Source: an uncultured bacterium (lineage in GTDB: Bacteria > Myxococcota_A > CAZTSL01). Taken from it: a stretch of 60,518 nucleotides of DNA. The translations under genes were made by a program, and so were the position numbers. This document shows, piece by piece, positions 35,221-45,936 of this stretch (the first letter of the stretch is position 1; the number at the start of each line of letters is the position of its first letter). The stretch covers positions 1 to 60,518 of the forward strand of contig CAZTSL010000009.1 of NCBI GenBank assembly GCA_964616915.1. Reading direction: 5' to 3'. Below the pieces are notes generated by a model. That model searched no databases and was not told the origin of the DNA. It saw nothing but the letters and a program-made list of their open reading frames with translations.

Positions 35221-37617
35221 ATGCCGATCCATGAACCTGGTTCATCCATGAACGAGTCTTCCTCGAAAATTTTTCTCCGCAGGCTGCGCGCATTGCGGGA
35301 GGCGATCCGCTTCCGGGGAGCCGCGCTCGACGACCCCGAAATCGCGGCATATGCGCTGCGTCTGAACTGGCTCCTCGAGATCTGCCTCCTGGCCTGGGGG
35401 TGCTATACGCTGCGCTCCTGGTGGATGGGGCGTCCCCACAAGACGCTCAACGATGTCGTCTTCCTGACGATCACCCTCTTTATCTACGGGTGGGCCAGGC
35501 GTCAGGTATCGCGGCGTCGATTGCGTTTCGCCGCGCATCTTACGCTCTTCTTCTCCTCGCTCGGCCTCTTTTGCGCCGCGCTCCTCACCGGACAGAGTCA
35601 ATCGATCGTCCTCGGCTACTTCGTGGGGGTCCCCCTCTTTGCCGCCTATCTCGAGGGGATCGGGGCGTCCCTCTTCTGGGCCGGTTGGATCCTCCTCCTG
35701 CTGGCCGGAATCTCTGCCAGTGAGGTCTTCTTCCCCCTCACGCCGGAGTTTCTCCCCGGTTTCATCGAAAGGGGCGTGGATCACGCCCTCCAGATTGCGT
35801 TCATCCTCGCCTTCGCCTTCTCGAGCCGGCGGGTCACCGATCGGCAGCTCCGAGCGCTGAACGAACGGGAGCGGCTCATCCGGGAACAGGCGGAGCGTTT
35901 GCAGGCCCAGACGAAGGAACTGATGGCAGTGCGGGACCAGGCCCTGGAAGCCACCCGGGTCAAGAGCGAGTTCCTCGCGAACATGAGCCACGAGATCCGC
36001 ACCCCGATGAACGCCGTCATCGGGATGACCGCGCTCCTCCTCGAAACCGACCTCGACGAGGAACAGCAGAAATACGCCCAGACGGTCAAACGCGCCTCCG
36101 ACTCCCTCCTCGATCTCATCGACGACATCCTCGATTTCTCCAAGATCGAGGCCGGAAAGCTCGAACTGGCCGAACTCGATTTCGATCTGCGCGACGTCGT
36201 GGAGACGGTGACCGAACTCCTCGCGGAGAAGGCGCACCGCAAGGGGATCGAGTTGAGCTGTTACCTCCATCCCGACGTGCCCGTCAGCGTGATCGGAGAC
36301 CCCGCCCGGCTTCGTCAGATCCTCCTCAACCTCGCGAACAACGCGGTCAAGTTCACGCAGCATGGGGAAGTCGTCCTCTTCGTGAAGCGGGCCAGGGAGG
36401 GGCATGGGAGCAAGAAACCCACGAACGAAGGGGAAGTCCGCCTCCATTTCGAAGTGGCGGATACCGGAATCGGTTTCCCGATGGAAAAGGGGAGTATCCT
36501 CTTTCAGCCCTTCACCCAGGCAGACGGCTCCACGACCCGCCTCTATGGCGGAACGGGGCTTGGACTCTCGATCTGCAAGGAGCTGACCCACCTGATGGGG
36601 GGGGAGATCGAATTCGAGAGCCTGCCCGGTGTCGGGAGCCGTTTCTGGGTCACGATCCCCTTCCGGCGGGGGAGCGAGATCCCACGAACCGCGGCGCAGG
36701 AACGCAGATGGATCGAGGGACGAAAAATCCTCGTCGTCGATGACAACGAGACGAACCGCGAGATCCTCACCCGCCAGATCCGGTCGTGGGGGGCCCGCTG
36801 CGACGCCGCCCAGGATGCCGGCGAGGCCCTCCTCCTCATGCGGGGGGCGGTCGAACTGGAGGCGCCTTTCGAAGCGATCCTCCTCGATTACCAGATGCCA
36901 CGTACCGACGGTCTCGCCCTGGCGCGGGTCATCCGCAGGGACTACAGCACCGATCCTCCCCTTCCCCTCATCCTCCTCTCCTCGGTGGGGAGTGGCCAGA
37001 TCGGGGAACGCGCACGGGAAGCAGGGATTTCCGCGACCCTCACGAAGCCGGTCCGGGAGCGGGAGCTGAGTCGAACCCTCGCCCACCTCTTCGCCCGAAA
37101 CGAAGCCCCCCCCTCCGCTGCCTCCCCTTCGACGGAAGCGCTCCCCTCCGGGATGCCGGATCGACGATCGCACAAGATCCTTCTCGTGGAGGACAACACG
37201 ATCAACCAGGAGGTCGCCTTCCGGATGCTCGAAAAGCTCGGTTTCCAGACCACCCTGGCATCCGACGGCAACGAGGCGCTCGATCTCCTCGCCCGGGAGT
37301 CTTACGACCTCATCCTGATGGATTGCCAGATGCCGGGGATGGACGGCTTCGAGACGACCGCCCGGATCCGGGAGCGGGAAGCGCAAAGCGCGCACAGGAC
37401 GCCGATCGTGGCGCTCACCGCCAGCGCCCGCGAGGAGGACCACCGCCGATGCCTGATCGCCGGGATGGACGATTACATCGCCAAACCGGTGCGGTTGCGC
37501 GACCTCGAGGCGCTTCTCAGGAAATGGCTCGCCAGGGATTCCGCCTCCACCGCAGGCACTCCGGCCGACGCCGCCTCGCAGGGCTCCCCGGAGGTGCCCC
37601 CCCCCCCGTCGGAGTAG
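35221..37617 (+). CDS. Hybrid sensor histidine kinase (multi-TM sensor, HisKA, HATPase_c, two REC domains)
   Basis: H-box [36 protein letters not shown] and [12 protein letters not shown]1 reads [10 protein letters not shown]...[14 protein letters not shown]2 reads [10 protein letters not shown]...[11 protein letters not shown]...IAKP. Paralogous to the kinase at 31434-33620. Confidence 0.9.
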   Translation: MPIHEPGSSMNESSSKIFLRRLRALREAIRFRGAALDDPEIAAYALRLNWLLEICLLAWGCYTLRSWWMGRPHKTLNDVVFLTITLFIYGWARRQVSRRRLRFAAHLTLFFSSLGLFCAALLTGQSQSIVLGYFVGVPLFAAYLEGIGASLFWAGWILLLLAGISASEVFFPLTPEFLPGFIERGVDHALQIAFILAFAFSSRRVTDRQLRALNERERLIREQAERLQAQTKELMAVRDQALEATRVKSEFLANMSHEIRTPMNAVIGMTALLLETDLDEEQQKYAQTVKRASDSLLDLIDDILDFSKIEAGKLELAELDFDLRDVVETVTELLAEKAHRKGIELSCYLHPDVPVSVIGDPARLRQILLNLANNAVKFTQHGEVVLFVKRAREGHGSKKPTNEGEVRLHFEVADTGIGFPMEKGSILFQPFTQADGSTTRLYGGTGLGLSICKELTHLMGGEIEFESLPGVGSRFWVTIPFRRGSEIPRTAAQERRWIEGRKILVVDDNETNREILTRQIRSWGARCDAAQDAGEALLLMRGAVELEAPFEAILLDYQMPRTDGLALARVIRRDYSTDPPLPLILLSSVGSGQIGERAREAGISATLTKPVRERELSRTLAHLFARNEAPPSAASPSTEALPSGMPDRRSHKILLVEDNTINQEVAFRMLEKLGFQTTLASDGNEALDLLARESYDLILMDCQMPGMDGFETTARIREREAQSAHRTPIVALTASAREEDHRRCLIAGMDDYIAKPVRLRDLEALLRKWLARDSASTAGTPADAASQGSPEVPPPPSE

Positions 37618-37704
37618 GGGACCCGCTTTCCTCCACGCCCCGAGCCTCAACGTCCGCAATGGGACGCGCGGGCTTCCTTCCCGCTCGATTCCCCCGGATC
37701 CAGG

Positions 37705-40700
37705 ATGAAACGTCTACGCAAGTTCCTCTTTCTTCTCTCGCTCCTCCTCCTCCTTCTCTTCCTCGTCGTTTTGGGGGGGCTCTTCTACCTCGAGACGGAC
37801 CATGCCGGCCGCTGGATCACGCGGAAGATCGATGCGGCGATTCCCGGTTCCGTGGACTGGGAGGCGTTCCATTTCTCCCTCCTTGCCGGAGAGATCGAGT
37901 TCACCGGTTTCGAGATCCGGGATGCGCAGGGGGAGAGGCTGCTGCGTCTCGATCGCTTCTTTCTCGACATCGCCTGGCGTTCCCTCTTTGGGGGAAATCT
38001 CACGATCGCCGCCCTGCATCTCGAACACCCTTCGATCGCGTTCACCATCGATGCCGGGGGGGTATCCAACTTCGAACGCGCCCTGCGTGCGGGCACCCCC
38101 GGGAAGGAGGCGGAAAGGAGGGAACCGGAACCTCCCCCGGCGCCGGGGAGACCCGCGCTGGCCCTCCCCCCCCTCCCCCTCAACGTCGTCGTCGCCGACG
38201 CCCGGATCGTGGGGGGAACGGTACGCTACACCACGGCAGTGGCGCCGATGACCGCAATGCTCGACGGGATCGATCTCGCCATCGACGCCAACCTGCGGAA
38301 GAAGGGGGCCAACCTCACCCTCCGGATCGGCAGAGGGAGAGTCGTGCAGCAGGAGGGGATCTCGACCGATCTCTCGGGGTTCTCCCTCGAGGCACGCATG
38401 GTCGATGGGCAGCTCGATCCCGTCACCCTCGATCTCGAGAGCCCGGCGCTGCGACTGGCCCTGCGAGGGCACGTACACGACCTCTTCACCGCCCCCCTCC
38501 CCCGCCTCGACCTCTCCATCGAGGCGACGGCCCGCACCGGCGAGGTGCGAAGGGCCCTTTCCCTCGAAGCGCCCCTCTCCGGATCGGTCGATGTCAGGCT
38601 TCGGGTGCAAGGACGTCCCGATGATCCGGACGTGGCGTTGCACGTGGTCCATGACGGTGGAGAAATCGCCGGATATGCCCTCGAAGGGGCCGAACTCGAC
38701 ATGGCGTTGACGCAACGCCGCCTTTCCCTGAACGAATTCACGGTCACCGCCCCGGCCGGCAGGGTCTCGGGAAAGGGAACGATCCGCCTCGATCGGGCAT
38801 TCCCTGCGGGATTCCTTGCGAGCCGGCGCGATCTCGAGGCGATCGCTTACGACTTCCACCTCCTGGCCGAGGGGATCGCCCTGGGGCGCCTCCTTCCAGG
38901 ACACGCGGGACGCCTCGACGCCGAGGTCGCCCTCTCGGGGGGAGGGATCTCGCCGGAGACGATGGACGCCGAGTGTTCCCTCGACCTTTCGGGCGCGGGA
39001 ATCGAGACGCCGCAACTTGCCGCGCCTCTCGATCTCACCTTGACGACCCGGGCCCGCCTGGCCGAAGGGGAAGCCCATCTGGAACGCTTCGAGGCCCGTG
39101 CCGGAGAGGTGCATCTCACCGCGCAGGGCGATCTTCCCCTCGCCACCCGGAAGGTCGCGGCCACGCTGCGCCTCGATGCCCCCCGGCTCAGAGAGCCGCT
39201 CGCGCTTGCGGGGGTATCGGGGGTCTCGGGCGCGCTCTCCCTCCGTGCCGACCTCTCCGGAACGCTCGAAAGGCCCCGGCTCGATCTCACCCTCGGAGGG
39301 AACGCATTGCGCTTCGAGGAGACCACGATCGGAGACCTCGCTCTGGCCGCTCTGCTCGATGAAAAGGGGACGCTGCGGATCTCCCGCCTCGCGCTTGCCA
39401 ATCACGGCTCCCGGATCGAGGGTTCCGGCACCGTGGGTCTCCTTGGGGAGGGGTTGGCGCTTCGGCCCGATCCGCCGATCGACATGACGATCGCCCTCCA
39501 TTCGGTCGAGGCGGGTGATTTCGTCGAACCTGCCCCGGTTTCGGGGATCCTTTCCGGAGATCTGCGCATCTCGGGGCGCGTGAGCGATCCTGCGGCCACG
39601 ATCGTGCTGCGGGGACGGGATCTTGCAACGCCTGCGGCCACGATCGGCGATCTCGACGCCACGATCGATGTCGCCAAGGGGGAGGCGCACATCGCGGGGA
39701 TCACCCTGGCCAACGGGGCATCCCACCTGGCGATCCGGGGGGAGGGGCGGTTCATGCGGCCCGGGACGCGGACCCTCCTCGAGGATCCCACCTTCACGCT
39801 CGACATCACGAGCGATGCCCTCCAGATCGAGAATTTCATCGAGACGCTCGCGGGACGGCTCACCCTCGACGGCCATTTCGCCGGGCGTCTGCGCAACCCC
39901 AGGGGAACGCTCCGGGTGACCGGAGAGGGAATCGATCTCGGCGCCCAGAAGATTCCGGGAATCCGCCTTTCCGCTCGACTCGAAGGGAAGCGGGCGATCC
40001 TCGACGCCCTCTCCGTCACCCTGGCCCCTGCGGAGAAAATCGAGGCCCACGGGAGCTTCTCCTTCGATCAGGCCTACGAGATCGAGATCGGCACGGCGGG
40101 GATTTCCCTCGCCTCGATCGATCCGATCCGGAAGGGGGGGATCGCCGACGGGCGGCTCGCCTTCACCTTCTCCGGAGCAGGGCGGCTTCAGGATCCTCAT
40201 CTCTCGGGCGAACTCTCCCTCTCGGAACTCTCCGTTCAGGGCAAACCCCTTCACCCCGTGCGTCTCGATATCGAAGTGGCGGAGGGGAACGCTCACGTAC
40301 GGGGGGATCTCGGCTTCGATCTCGGTGCGGACTACCGGTTGGCCGATGGGGCGTTCTCCGCGCGCCTCACTTTCCAGGAGACCGATCTTGCCCCCTACTT
40401 TGCGCTGGCGGCGCAGCAGGACCTCTCCGGCGTCCTCTCCGGAACGGTTTCGGCGCGGGGAAACGTCCGGAACCCCGAAGACGTCGTGGCCGATGTGATA
40501 CTCTCCCGTCTGGCGGTCGCCTTCCGGGAGGAGGCGCTGCTCCGTTCGGAACGTTTCGAGGTCCACTACGGGGGGGGACGCGTCACGGTTCCCGGAATCG
40601 CGCTTTCCCTCCTCGATTCGGGGAAGCTCGAACTCTCCGGGGGGGCGGACCCGAAGGGACCGCTCGATCTGGCCGTGAGCGGGGAGATCCCGCTCGAGGT

Positions 40701-41949
40701 CGCCAGCCGCTTCGCCGAAGACCTCTCCGACCTCCACGGGGCGCTTCGCCTTTCGGCCACCCTCTCCGGAACGGCAAAACGCCCCGCCATCGAAGGGGAA
40801 CTCCGCCTGGAGGAGATCGGGCTGACGATTCCCGAGAACGGCCAGGAACTCGAAGGGGTGAACGGCCGTATCCTCGTGACTCCCACGGCGGTCACGATCG
40901 AACGGATCGCGGGAAAGCTCGACACGGGCCGCTTCGACCTCACGGGAAACCTTGCCCTTCTCGAGGGATTCCGCCCCGGAGCGGTCCGGATCGACCTCCG
41001 CCTCGAATCGCTGCCCGTCGTCGTCCCCGACACGCTCGACCTCCTCCTCGAATCGACGTTGACGTTTCGCGGGAAGCCGGAGGAGACTTTTCTCGAGGGG
41101 GAAGTCGTCCTTCTCGAGGGGCTCTTCTACAGGAAGATCGATCTTGGCCTCACATCGGGAATCGGGAAGAAGAAGCGCGCGGCCGCCCCACCCGCAAAGC
41201 CGATCGAGGCGCCCTACCTCCGGAATCTCCACTTCGACATCGGGGTCCGCCGCCGCAACCCCTTCATCGTGGACAACAATCTCGCCTTCCTCGACATCAA
41301 ACCCGATCTGCGCGTGATGGGAACGCTTGCCCAGCCTGTGATCAGCGGCCAGGCCAGGATCGAGAGCGGCACGATCACCTATCAGAAGAAGGAATTCGTC
41401 GTGGAGCGGGGGATCATCGACTTCGTGAATCCCTACGAGATCGAGCCGAAGCTCGACATCGAGAGTCGGGTGAAGATTCGTTCGTGGCAGATCACCCTTT
41501 CGATCCAGGGGCCGCCCGATGCGCTCGTCTTCAAGCTCACTTCCGATCCTCCCCTGGAGGATGGCGACATCCTCTCGCTGCTCGTCATCGGCCGCACCAC
41601 GCAGGAGTTGATCGCCGGTGAGGGGGGATCGACGCAGTCTCCGGCCCAGCTTCTCGCCGAGATGATCGCCACGACCTTCGGCGAGGATATCAAGAAGGCC
41701 ACGGGGCTCGACATCTTCGAAGTCGAGGGGGGAGGCGCAGGAGAGGATGCCGACCGTATCGAGGTCACCCTCGGCAAGAAACTCACCCGACGCCTCACCG
41801 CGAAGTACGCCGTGGAATCGAGGGAGGGGGAGGTGATCCAGAAGGCGATCACCGAATACAAGTTCCTCGAGAACCTCCTCTTGAGCGCCTCCCAGGACAC
41901 GAAGGGGATCTTCGGCACGCAACTCCTCTTTCGTCTCGAATTCCGTTGA
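37705..41949 (+). CDS. tamB: Translocation and assembly module protein TamB (AsmA-like, DUF490 C-terminus)
   Basis: 1414 aa. N-terminal signal anchor MKRLRKFLFLLSLLLLLLFLVVLGG. Long repetitive beta-rich body. C-terminus ...LGKKLTRRLTAKYAVESREGEVIQKAITEYKFLENLLLSASQDTKGIFGTQLLFRLEFR is typical of DUF490. Followed by an Omp85 gene. Confidence 0.85.
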   Translation: MKRLRKFLFLLSLLLLLLFLVVLGGLFYLETDHAGRWITRKIDAAIPGSVDWEAFHFSLLAGEIEFTGFEIRDAQGERLLRLDRFFLDIAWRSLFGGNLTIAALHLEHPSIAFTIDAGGVSNFERALRAGTPGKEAERREPEPPPAPGRPALALPPLPLNVVVADARIVGGTVRYTTAVAPMTAMLDGIDLAIDANLRKKGANLTLRIGRGRVVQQEGISTDLSGFSLEARMVDGQLDPVTLDLESPALRLALRGHVHDLFTAPLPRLDLSIEATARTGEVRRALSLEAPLSGSVDVRLRVQGRPDDPDVALHVVHDGGEIAGYALEGAELDMALTQRRLSLNEFTVTAPAGRVSGKGTIRLDRAFPAGFLASRRDLEAIAYDFHLLAEGIALGRLLPGHAGRLDAEVALSGGGISPETMDAECSLDLSGAGIETPQLAAPLDLTLTTRARLAEGEAHLERFEARAGEVHLTAQGDLPLATRKVAATLRLDAPRLREPLALAGVSGVSGALSLRADLSGTLERPRLDLTLGGNALRFEETTIGDLALAALLDEKGTLRISRLALANHGSRIEGSGTVGLLGEGLALRPDPPIDMTIALHSVEAGDFVEPAPVSGILSGDLRISGRVSDPAATIVLRGRDLATPAATIGDLDATIDVAKGEAHIAGITLANGASHLAIRGEGRFMRPGTRTLLEDPTFTLDITSDALQIENFIETLAGRLTLDGHFAGRLRNPRGTLRVTGEGIDLGAQKIPGIRLSARLEGKRAILDALSVTLAPAEKIEAHGSFSFDQAYEIEIGTAGISLASIDPIRKGGIADGRLAFTFSGAGRLQDPHLSGELSLSELSVQGKPLHPVRLDIEVAEGNAHVRGDLGFDLGADYRLADGAFSARLTFQETDLAPYFALAAQQDLSGVLSGTVSARGNVRNPEDVVADVILSRLAVAFREEALLRSERFEVHYGGGRVTVPGIALSLLDSGKLELSGGADPKGPLDLAVSGEIPLEVASRFAEDLSDLHGALRLSATLSGTAKRPAIEGELRLEEIGLTIPENGQELEGVNGRILVTPTAVTIERIAGKLDTGRFDLTGNLALLEGFRPGAVRIDLRLESLPVVVPDTLDLLLESTLTFRGKPEETFLEGEVVLLEGLFYRKIDLGLTSGIGKKKRAAAPPAKPIEAPYLRNLHFDIGVRRRNPFIVDNNLAFLDIKPDLRVMGTLAQPVISGQARIESGTITYQKKEFVVERGIIDFVNPYEIEPKLDIESRVKIRSWQITLSIQGPPDALVFKLTSDPPLEDGDILSLLVIGRTTQELIAGEGGSTQSPAQLLAEMIATTFGEDIKKATGLDIFEVEGGGAGEDADRIEVTLGKKLTRRLTAKYAVESREGEVIQKAITEYKFLENLLLSASQDTKGIFGTQLLFRLEFR

Positions 41950-41981
41950 GCCCGAAACACCCACCAGAGAAACGAGCACCG

Positions 41982-44834
41982 ATGCGACGACGAAGCTTCC
42001 TCATCCCGATCCTCCTTCTCCTTCTTTTGCTCCGGCTGCGGCCCGATCCGGCCATGGGGGGGGAAGGGGATGACGGGATCGTTTCCGGAATCGAGATCGT
42101 GCTGTCAGGGGAATCCCTCCCCGCACGGGGGGAGGATCTCGTTTCGATCGCGCGCAAGCTGATCTTTCTCGAAGAAGGGGAGCCCTTTTCCACGCAGCGC
42201 CTCGAGGAGAGCATCGACGCCTTGAAACTGTGCAAGCGCTTCCGCGCGATCGATGTGGCGAGCGAGGATCGTCCCGATGGCTTGCGATTGCGCTTCACCC
42301 TGACCCCTGCCGACCAGATCGAAGAGATTCGTCTCTCCGGTGTCTTTCCCCTTTTCGAACACGAGGTCCTCGATGCCATGACGATCTTCGTGGGGGATCT
42401 CTTCATTCCGGAGGAGATGCCCCGGCAGGCGCGTCTCGTCGAGGAACGCTACGAACGGGAGGGCTTCATCGCCCCCAAGGTCTCGATCTCCTGGGAGAAG
42501 GATCCGGAAAACGGGTTCTACATCCTCGATGTTGCGATCCACAAGGGGCGCTTCTACCGGATCTCCGACTTTGCGATCGAGGGGAACCGGGCGTTCTCCG
42601 ACCGGCGGCTCCGCTGGAAGACGAAGTCGTGGCGCGCAACCCTCTTCCCCGGCGCCTCCGGCCGCTTCATCGCGGCGGACTTCGAGAAGGACGTCAAGAA
42701 GCTGACCGCCTTCTACTGGAAGCACGACTACCCCGATGCCCGGATCGAACCGGAAGTCGTCGAGGATCGGGAAGCAGGGAGGGTCTCGATCACCCTCCAT
42801 GTCACGGAGGGGGATCACTACGAGGCCCATTTCGAGGGGAACGAGGCGTTCTGGGACTGGACGCTGCGAAAGGATCTCGCCTACCGCAGGAAGGGAAACA
42901 AGAATGGTCTCGGGGTCAAACGGACGGTGCGCAACATCGAGAAACGCTACCACGAGGCCGGCTACCTCTCCGCCAAAGTCTCCGTGACGGAAAGCCCGTT
43001 GCCGGCCGGAGGCCGATCGTTGCGTTTCGTCATCGAGGAGGGCCCCCGCTCGATCGTGCACCAGGTCTCGGTCGAGAAGAACGAGGCACTCCCCGACGAG
43101 GAGATCCTTGCCCAGATGCTCACCCGCCCCCCCGGATGGTTCTACGACGGCGCCTTCGTCCCCGAGGTACTCGAGGCGGACGAGGGAGCGATCGTGGGAC
43201 GTTACCTCCAGGAAGGCTTTCGCGAAACCGAGGTGACGAGCAGCACCGAAGTCGCCGAACGCTCGCCCCAGGAGGAACGGATCGATGTCACGGTCGAAGT
43301 CGAGGAGGGAGTCCAGACGCTCGTTGCCTCCGTCACCTTTTCGGGGTTGACCGTCATCTCCGAAGGGGAGGCCAAGGCGGCCATCCTCTTGCAGCCGGGT
43401 ACCCCCTACCGGGCGTATCTCCTCAAAAGCGACGAGAATTCCCTTGCCGCCCTCGTCTCGGAGCGGGGCTACCCCCATGTCGTGGTCGAAGGGAGCGTGG
43501 AGCTGAGCGAGGACCGGCGCTCCGCCCACGTGACCTACCGGATCGATGAGGGACCCTTCGTCCGGATGGGAGAGATCTACTATACGGGGAACTTCCGCAC
43601 CCGCCGCAAGATCCTCGAGCAGGAACTCGATCTCGAAGCGGGAGAGCCCTTCTCCCTCTTCCGGATGATCGAAGGGGAGCGCAACATCCGGGGGCTCTCC
43701 ATCTTCAACGCCGTCCATTTCAAGGCGATCGGACTCAAGGAGAAGAGGGATGAGGTCAACCTCTTCATCGAGATGGAGGAGAAGAAGCCCTACTTCTTCG
43801 AGGCTGGGGGGGGGTATGAATCGGAACGGGGGTTCTATGCCCTCTCCAAGGTGGGGGACCACAATCTGCTCGGCCGAAACCTCGATGCCTGGGTCGGGGG
43901 GGATGTGAGCCAGATCGGATGGCAGGGGGAGGCGAGTCTCACGGAGCCGAGGCTCCTGGGGTCTCGGGTGGCGGCCAATCTCGGCCTCTTCGCCCGGAAG
44001 TCGGAGGAACCCAACCAGCCGGAGTACCTCGTGCTCGGCTCCTCGCTCGGTTTCACCCGAAAGTGGTTCCGTCGGCTGACCACGGGACTCGGTTTCCGCT
44101 ATGAGCGGCGCCAGCAGTTCTCCGCTCAGGGGGGCGATGAGGCTGGGACGACGGTCTCACGGACGGAGGAGGGGGCCTTCGCCTGGCGTGGCGTCCTCGA
44201 GACGGATGGAGACGACGCGTTCGCCCCCCGTCACCTCCTCGTGACGACCCCCTCGATCGCCTATGATGGGCGGGATTCCTTCATCCGCCCGAGGAAGGGG
44301 CTCTTTACCTCCTTCTCCATGGATATCTCGAAGGGACTGACGAATCCCCTCGATGACTTCCTCAAGTACCTCCTCCAGGTGCGAACCTATGCCACGCCCT
44401 GGTGGCACCGTCTCACCTTTGCCTTCGTCGCCCGGGGGGGCTACGTCGCGCCGTATGGGGAAAACACCCGGATTTCCAACGATCAGCGCTTCTTCCTCGG
44501 GGGAACCCAGGATGTGCGGGGATTCGGACGAAACGCGATCTTCCTCGCAACGGAGGATGGCGTCGAGGTGGGGGGCCGGGTCTCCCTCTCCGGAAGCGTC
44601 GAGACCCGCCTCGATATCGGTTGGAACTTCGAAGTCACGGGATTCTACGACGTGGGGAGCGTGACGGAGAGCTTCGATGCGGTGGGGAGGGAGACGTTCC
44701 GGGATGCCGTGGGAATGGGGTTGCGCTACATCACCCCGATCGGCCCGATCGGCTTCCTCTACGGCATCAAACTCGACCGCCGGCCAGAGGAAGGGTTCGG
44801 GCGGCTTCACTTCGCGCTCGGCTACACCTTCTGA
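41982..44834 (+). CDS. Omp85-family (BamA/TamA-like) outer membrane protein with multiple POTRA-like repeats
   Basis: Signal peptide MRRRSFLIPILLLLLLLRL. Repeated POTRA-like units: I.GN..F....L......G..F. C-terminal barrel ends GRLHFALGYTF with a terminal aromatic residue. TTG 41946, which overlaps the tamB stop, is an alternative start. Confidence 0.85.
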   Translation: MRRRSFLIPILLLLLLLRLRPDPAMGGEGDDGIVSGIEIVLSGESLPARGEDLVSIARKLIFLEEGEPFSTQRLEESIDALKLCKRFRAIDVASEDRPDGLRLRFTLTPADQIEEIRLSGVFPLFEHEVLDAMTIFVGDLFIPEEMPRQARLVEERYEREGFIAPKVSISWEKDPENGFYILDVAIHKGRFYRISDFAIEGNRAFSDRRLRWKTKSWRATLFPGASGRFIAADFEKDVKKLTAFYWKHDYPDARIEPEVVEDREAGRVSITLHVTEGDHYEAHFEGNEAFWDWTLRKDLAYRRKGNKNGLGVKRTVRNIEKRYHEAGYLSAKVSVTESPLPAGGRSLRFVIEEGPRSIVHQVSVEKNEALPDEEILAQMLTRPPGWFYDGAFVPEVLEADEGAIVGRYLQEGFRETEVTSSTEVAERSPQEERIDVTVEVEEGVQTLVASVTFSGLTVISEGEAKAAILLQPGTPYRAYLLKSDENSLAALVSERGYPHVVVEGSVELSEDRRSAHVTYRIDEGPFVRMGEIYYTGNFRTRRKILEQELDLEAGEPFSLFRMIEGERNIRGLSIFNAVHFKAIGLKEKRDEVNLFIEMEEKKPYFFEAGGGYESERGFYALSKVGDHNLLGRNLDAWVGGDVSQIGWQGEASLTEPRLLGSRVAANLGLFARKSEEPNQPEYLVLGSSLGFTRKWFRRLTTGLGFRYERRQQFSAQGGDEAGTTVSRTEEGAFAWRGVLETDGDDAFAPRHLLVTTPSIAYDGRDSFIRPRKGLFTSFSMDISKGLTNPLDDFLKYLLQVRTYATPWWHRLTFAFVARGGYVAPYGENTRISNDQRFFLGGTQDVRGFGRNAIFLATEDGVEVGGRVSLSGSVETRLDIGWNFEVTGFYDVGSVTESFDAVGRETFRDAVGMGLRYITPIGPIGFLYGIKLDRRPEEGFGRLHFALGYTF

Positions 44835-44869
44835 GATCCGGAGGCGTGAGGAGCGAGGAGCAGGGCGCC

Positions 44870-44898
44870 TTGCATTCTCCTGTCATCCAGGGTAGAAT
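44870..44898 (+). promoter_or_regulatory. Sigma70-like promoter upstream of tatT-dctPQM
   Basis: TTGCAT (44870-44875), a 17-nt spacer, then TAGAAT (44893-44898). Flanked by the inverted GGGCGCC / GGCGCCC pair. Confidence 0.4.
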
Positions 44899-45009
44899 GG
44901 CGCCCGATCGTCGAGGCGCCCTGGTGGAATCCCTGAAATGAAGCAGCCGGGACGTTCCCGGAGGGGGGAGGGCGAATCGCAGAGGGACCTCAACGGGAGG
45001 GGAGCGAGG

Positions 45010-45936
45010 ATGAAGGTTCATGCGGCGCTGTTGATCTTTCCGTCGCTGCTGATCTCCGGGTTCATAGGGTGTGCCGCCTCACGTCAGGCGGGATGGGAAC
45101 GCGCAGCCCAGACTTCCACGATCGATCAGCCGAGCGATGCGGCGATCCTGATGGCCCAGGCGGATCAGGCATGGGAGGGACGCGATACCCGGCAAGGACT
45201 CCTTCAGGCGATCGAGGCCTATGAGCGGGTCCTCGTGGCCGATGCCCATCACAAGGGAGCGCTCACCCGTCTTAGCCGGGCCTACTACTTCCTCGCCGAC
45301 GGGTATACCGACGACCCCGAGGAGAAGAAACGGCTCTGGGAGAAAGGGACGACCTACGGGGAACGGGCGCTCGGCACCTCGCCCGAATTCCTCGCCCGCG
45401 TCAAGGAGACGGGAAACGTCGGGGAAGCGGTCCAGATCCTCGGCATGGACTATATCGCCCCGATCTATTGGACCGCCACGAACCTCGGGAAGTGGGCCCG
45501 CCTCGAAGGCTTCACCACGATGCTCAAATACAAGAAGCAGATCAAGGGGATGATCGAACGGGTGACCGCACTCGACGAAACCTTCTTCTACGGCGCCCCC
45601 CATCGCTACTGGGGTGCCTACTACGCGGTCGCGCCGAGTTTCGCGGGAGGGGATATGCGCAAGTCGGAGGCCTCGTTTCGCCGCGCCCTCGAAATCGAGC
45701 CGAACTACTTCGGCACCCGCGTCCTCTTCGCCGACTACTATGCCCGGAAAGCCGGCGATCGTGCACTCTTCGAGGAGATGCTCCGCTACGTCCTCGAGGG
45801 CGACCCGAAGGTGCTTCCCGACATCGTGCCGGAACAGAAGGTCGAACAGGAGAAGGCCAGACGTCTGATGGCCCGAATCGATGAATTCTTCGAACCGGAC
45901 GAAGAAGGAGAAGGAGGAGACGTTTCCGATGAATAG
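45010..45936 (+). CDS. tatT: TRAP-transporter-associated TatT-family TPR lipoprotein
   Basis: Lipobox LISGFIGC. YWTATNLGKWARLEG ... FFYGAPHRYWGAYYAVAPSFAGGDMRKSEASFRRALEIEPNYFGTRVLFADYYA matches the TatT family as I recall it. Lies immediately upstream of dctP with an 8-nt overlap. Confidence 0.75.
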   Translation: MKVHAALLIFPSLLISGFIGCAASRQAGWERAAQTSTIDQPSDAAILMAQADQAWEGRDTRQGLLQAIEAYERVLVADAHHKGALTRLSRAYYFLADGYTDDPEEKKRLWEKGTTYGERALGTSPEFLARVKETGNVGEAVQILGMDYIAPIYWTATNLGKWARLEGFTTMLKYKKQIKGMIERVTALDETFFYGAPHRYWGAYYAVAPSFAGGDMRKSEASFRRALEIEPNYFGTRVLFADYYARKAGDRALFEEMLRYVLEGDPKVLPDIVPEQKVEQEKARRLMARIDEFFEPDEEGEGGDVSDE

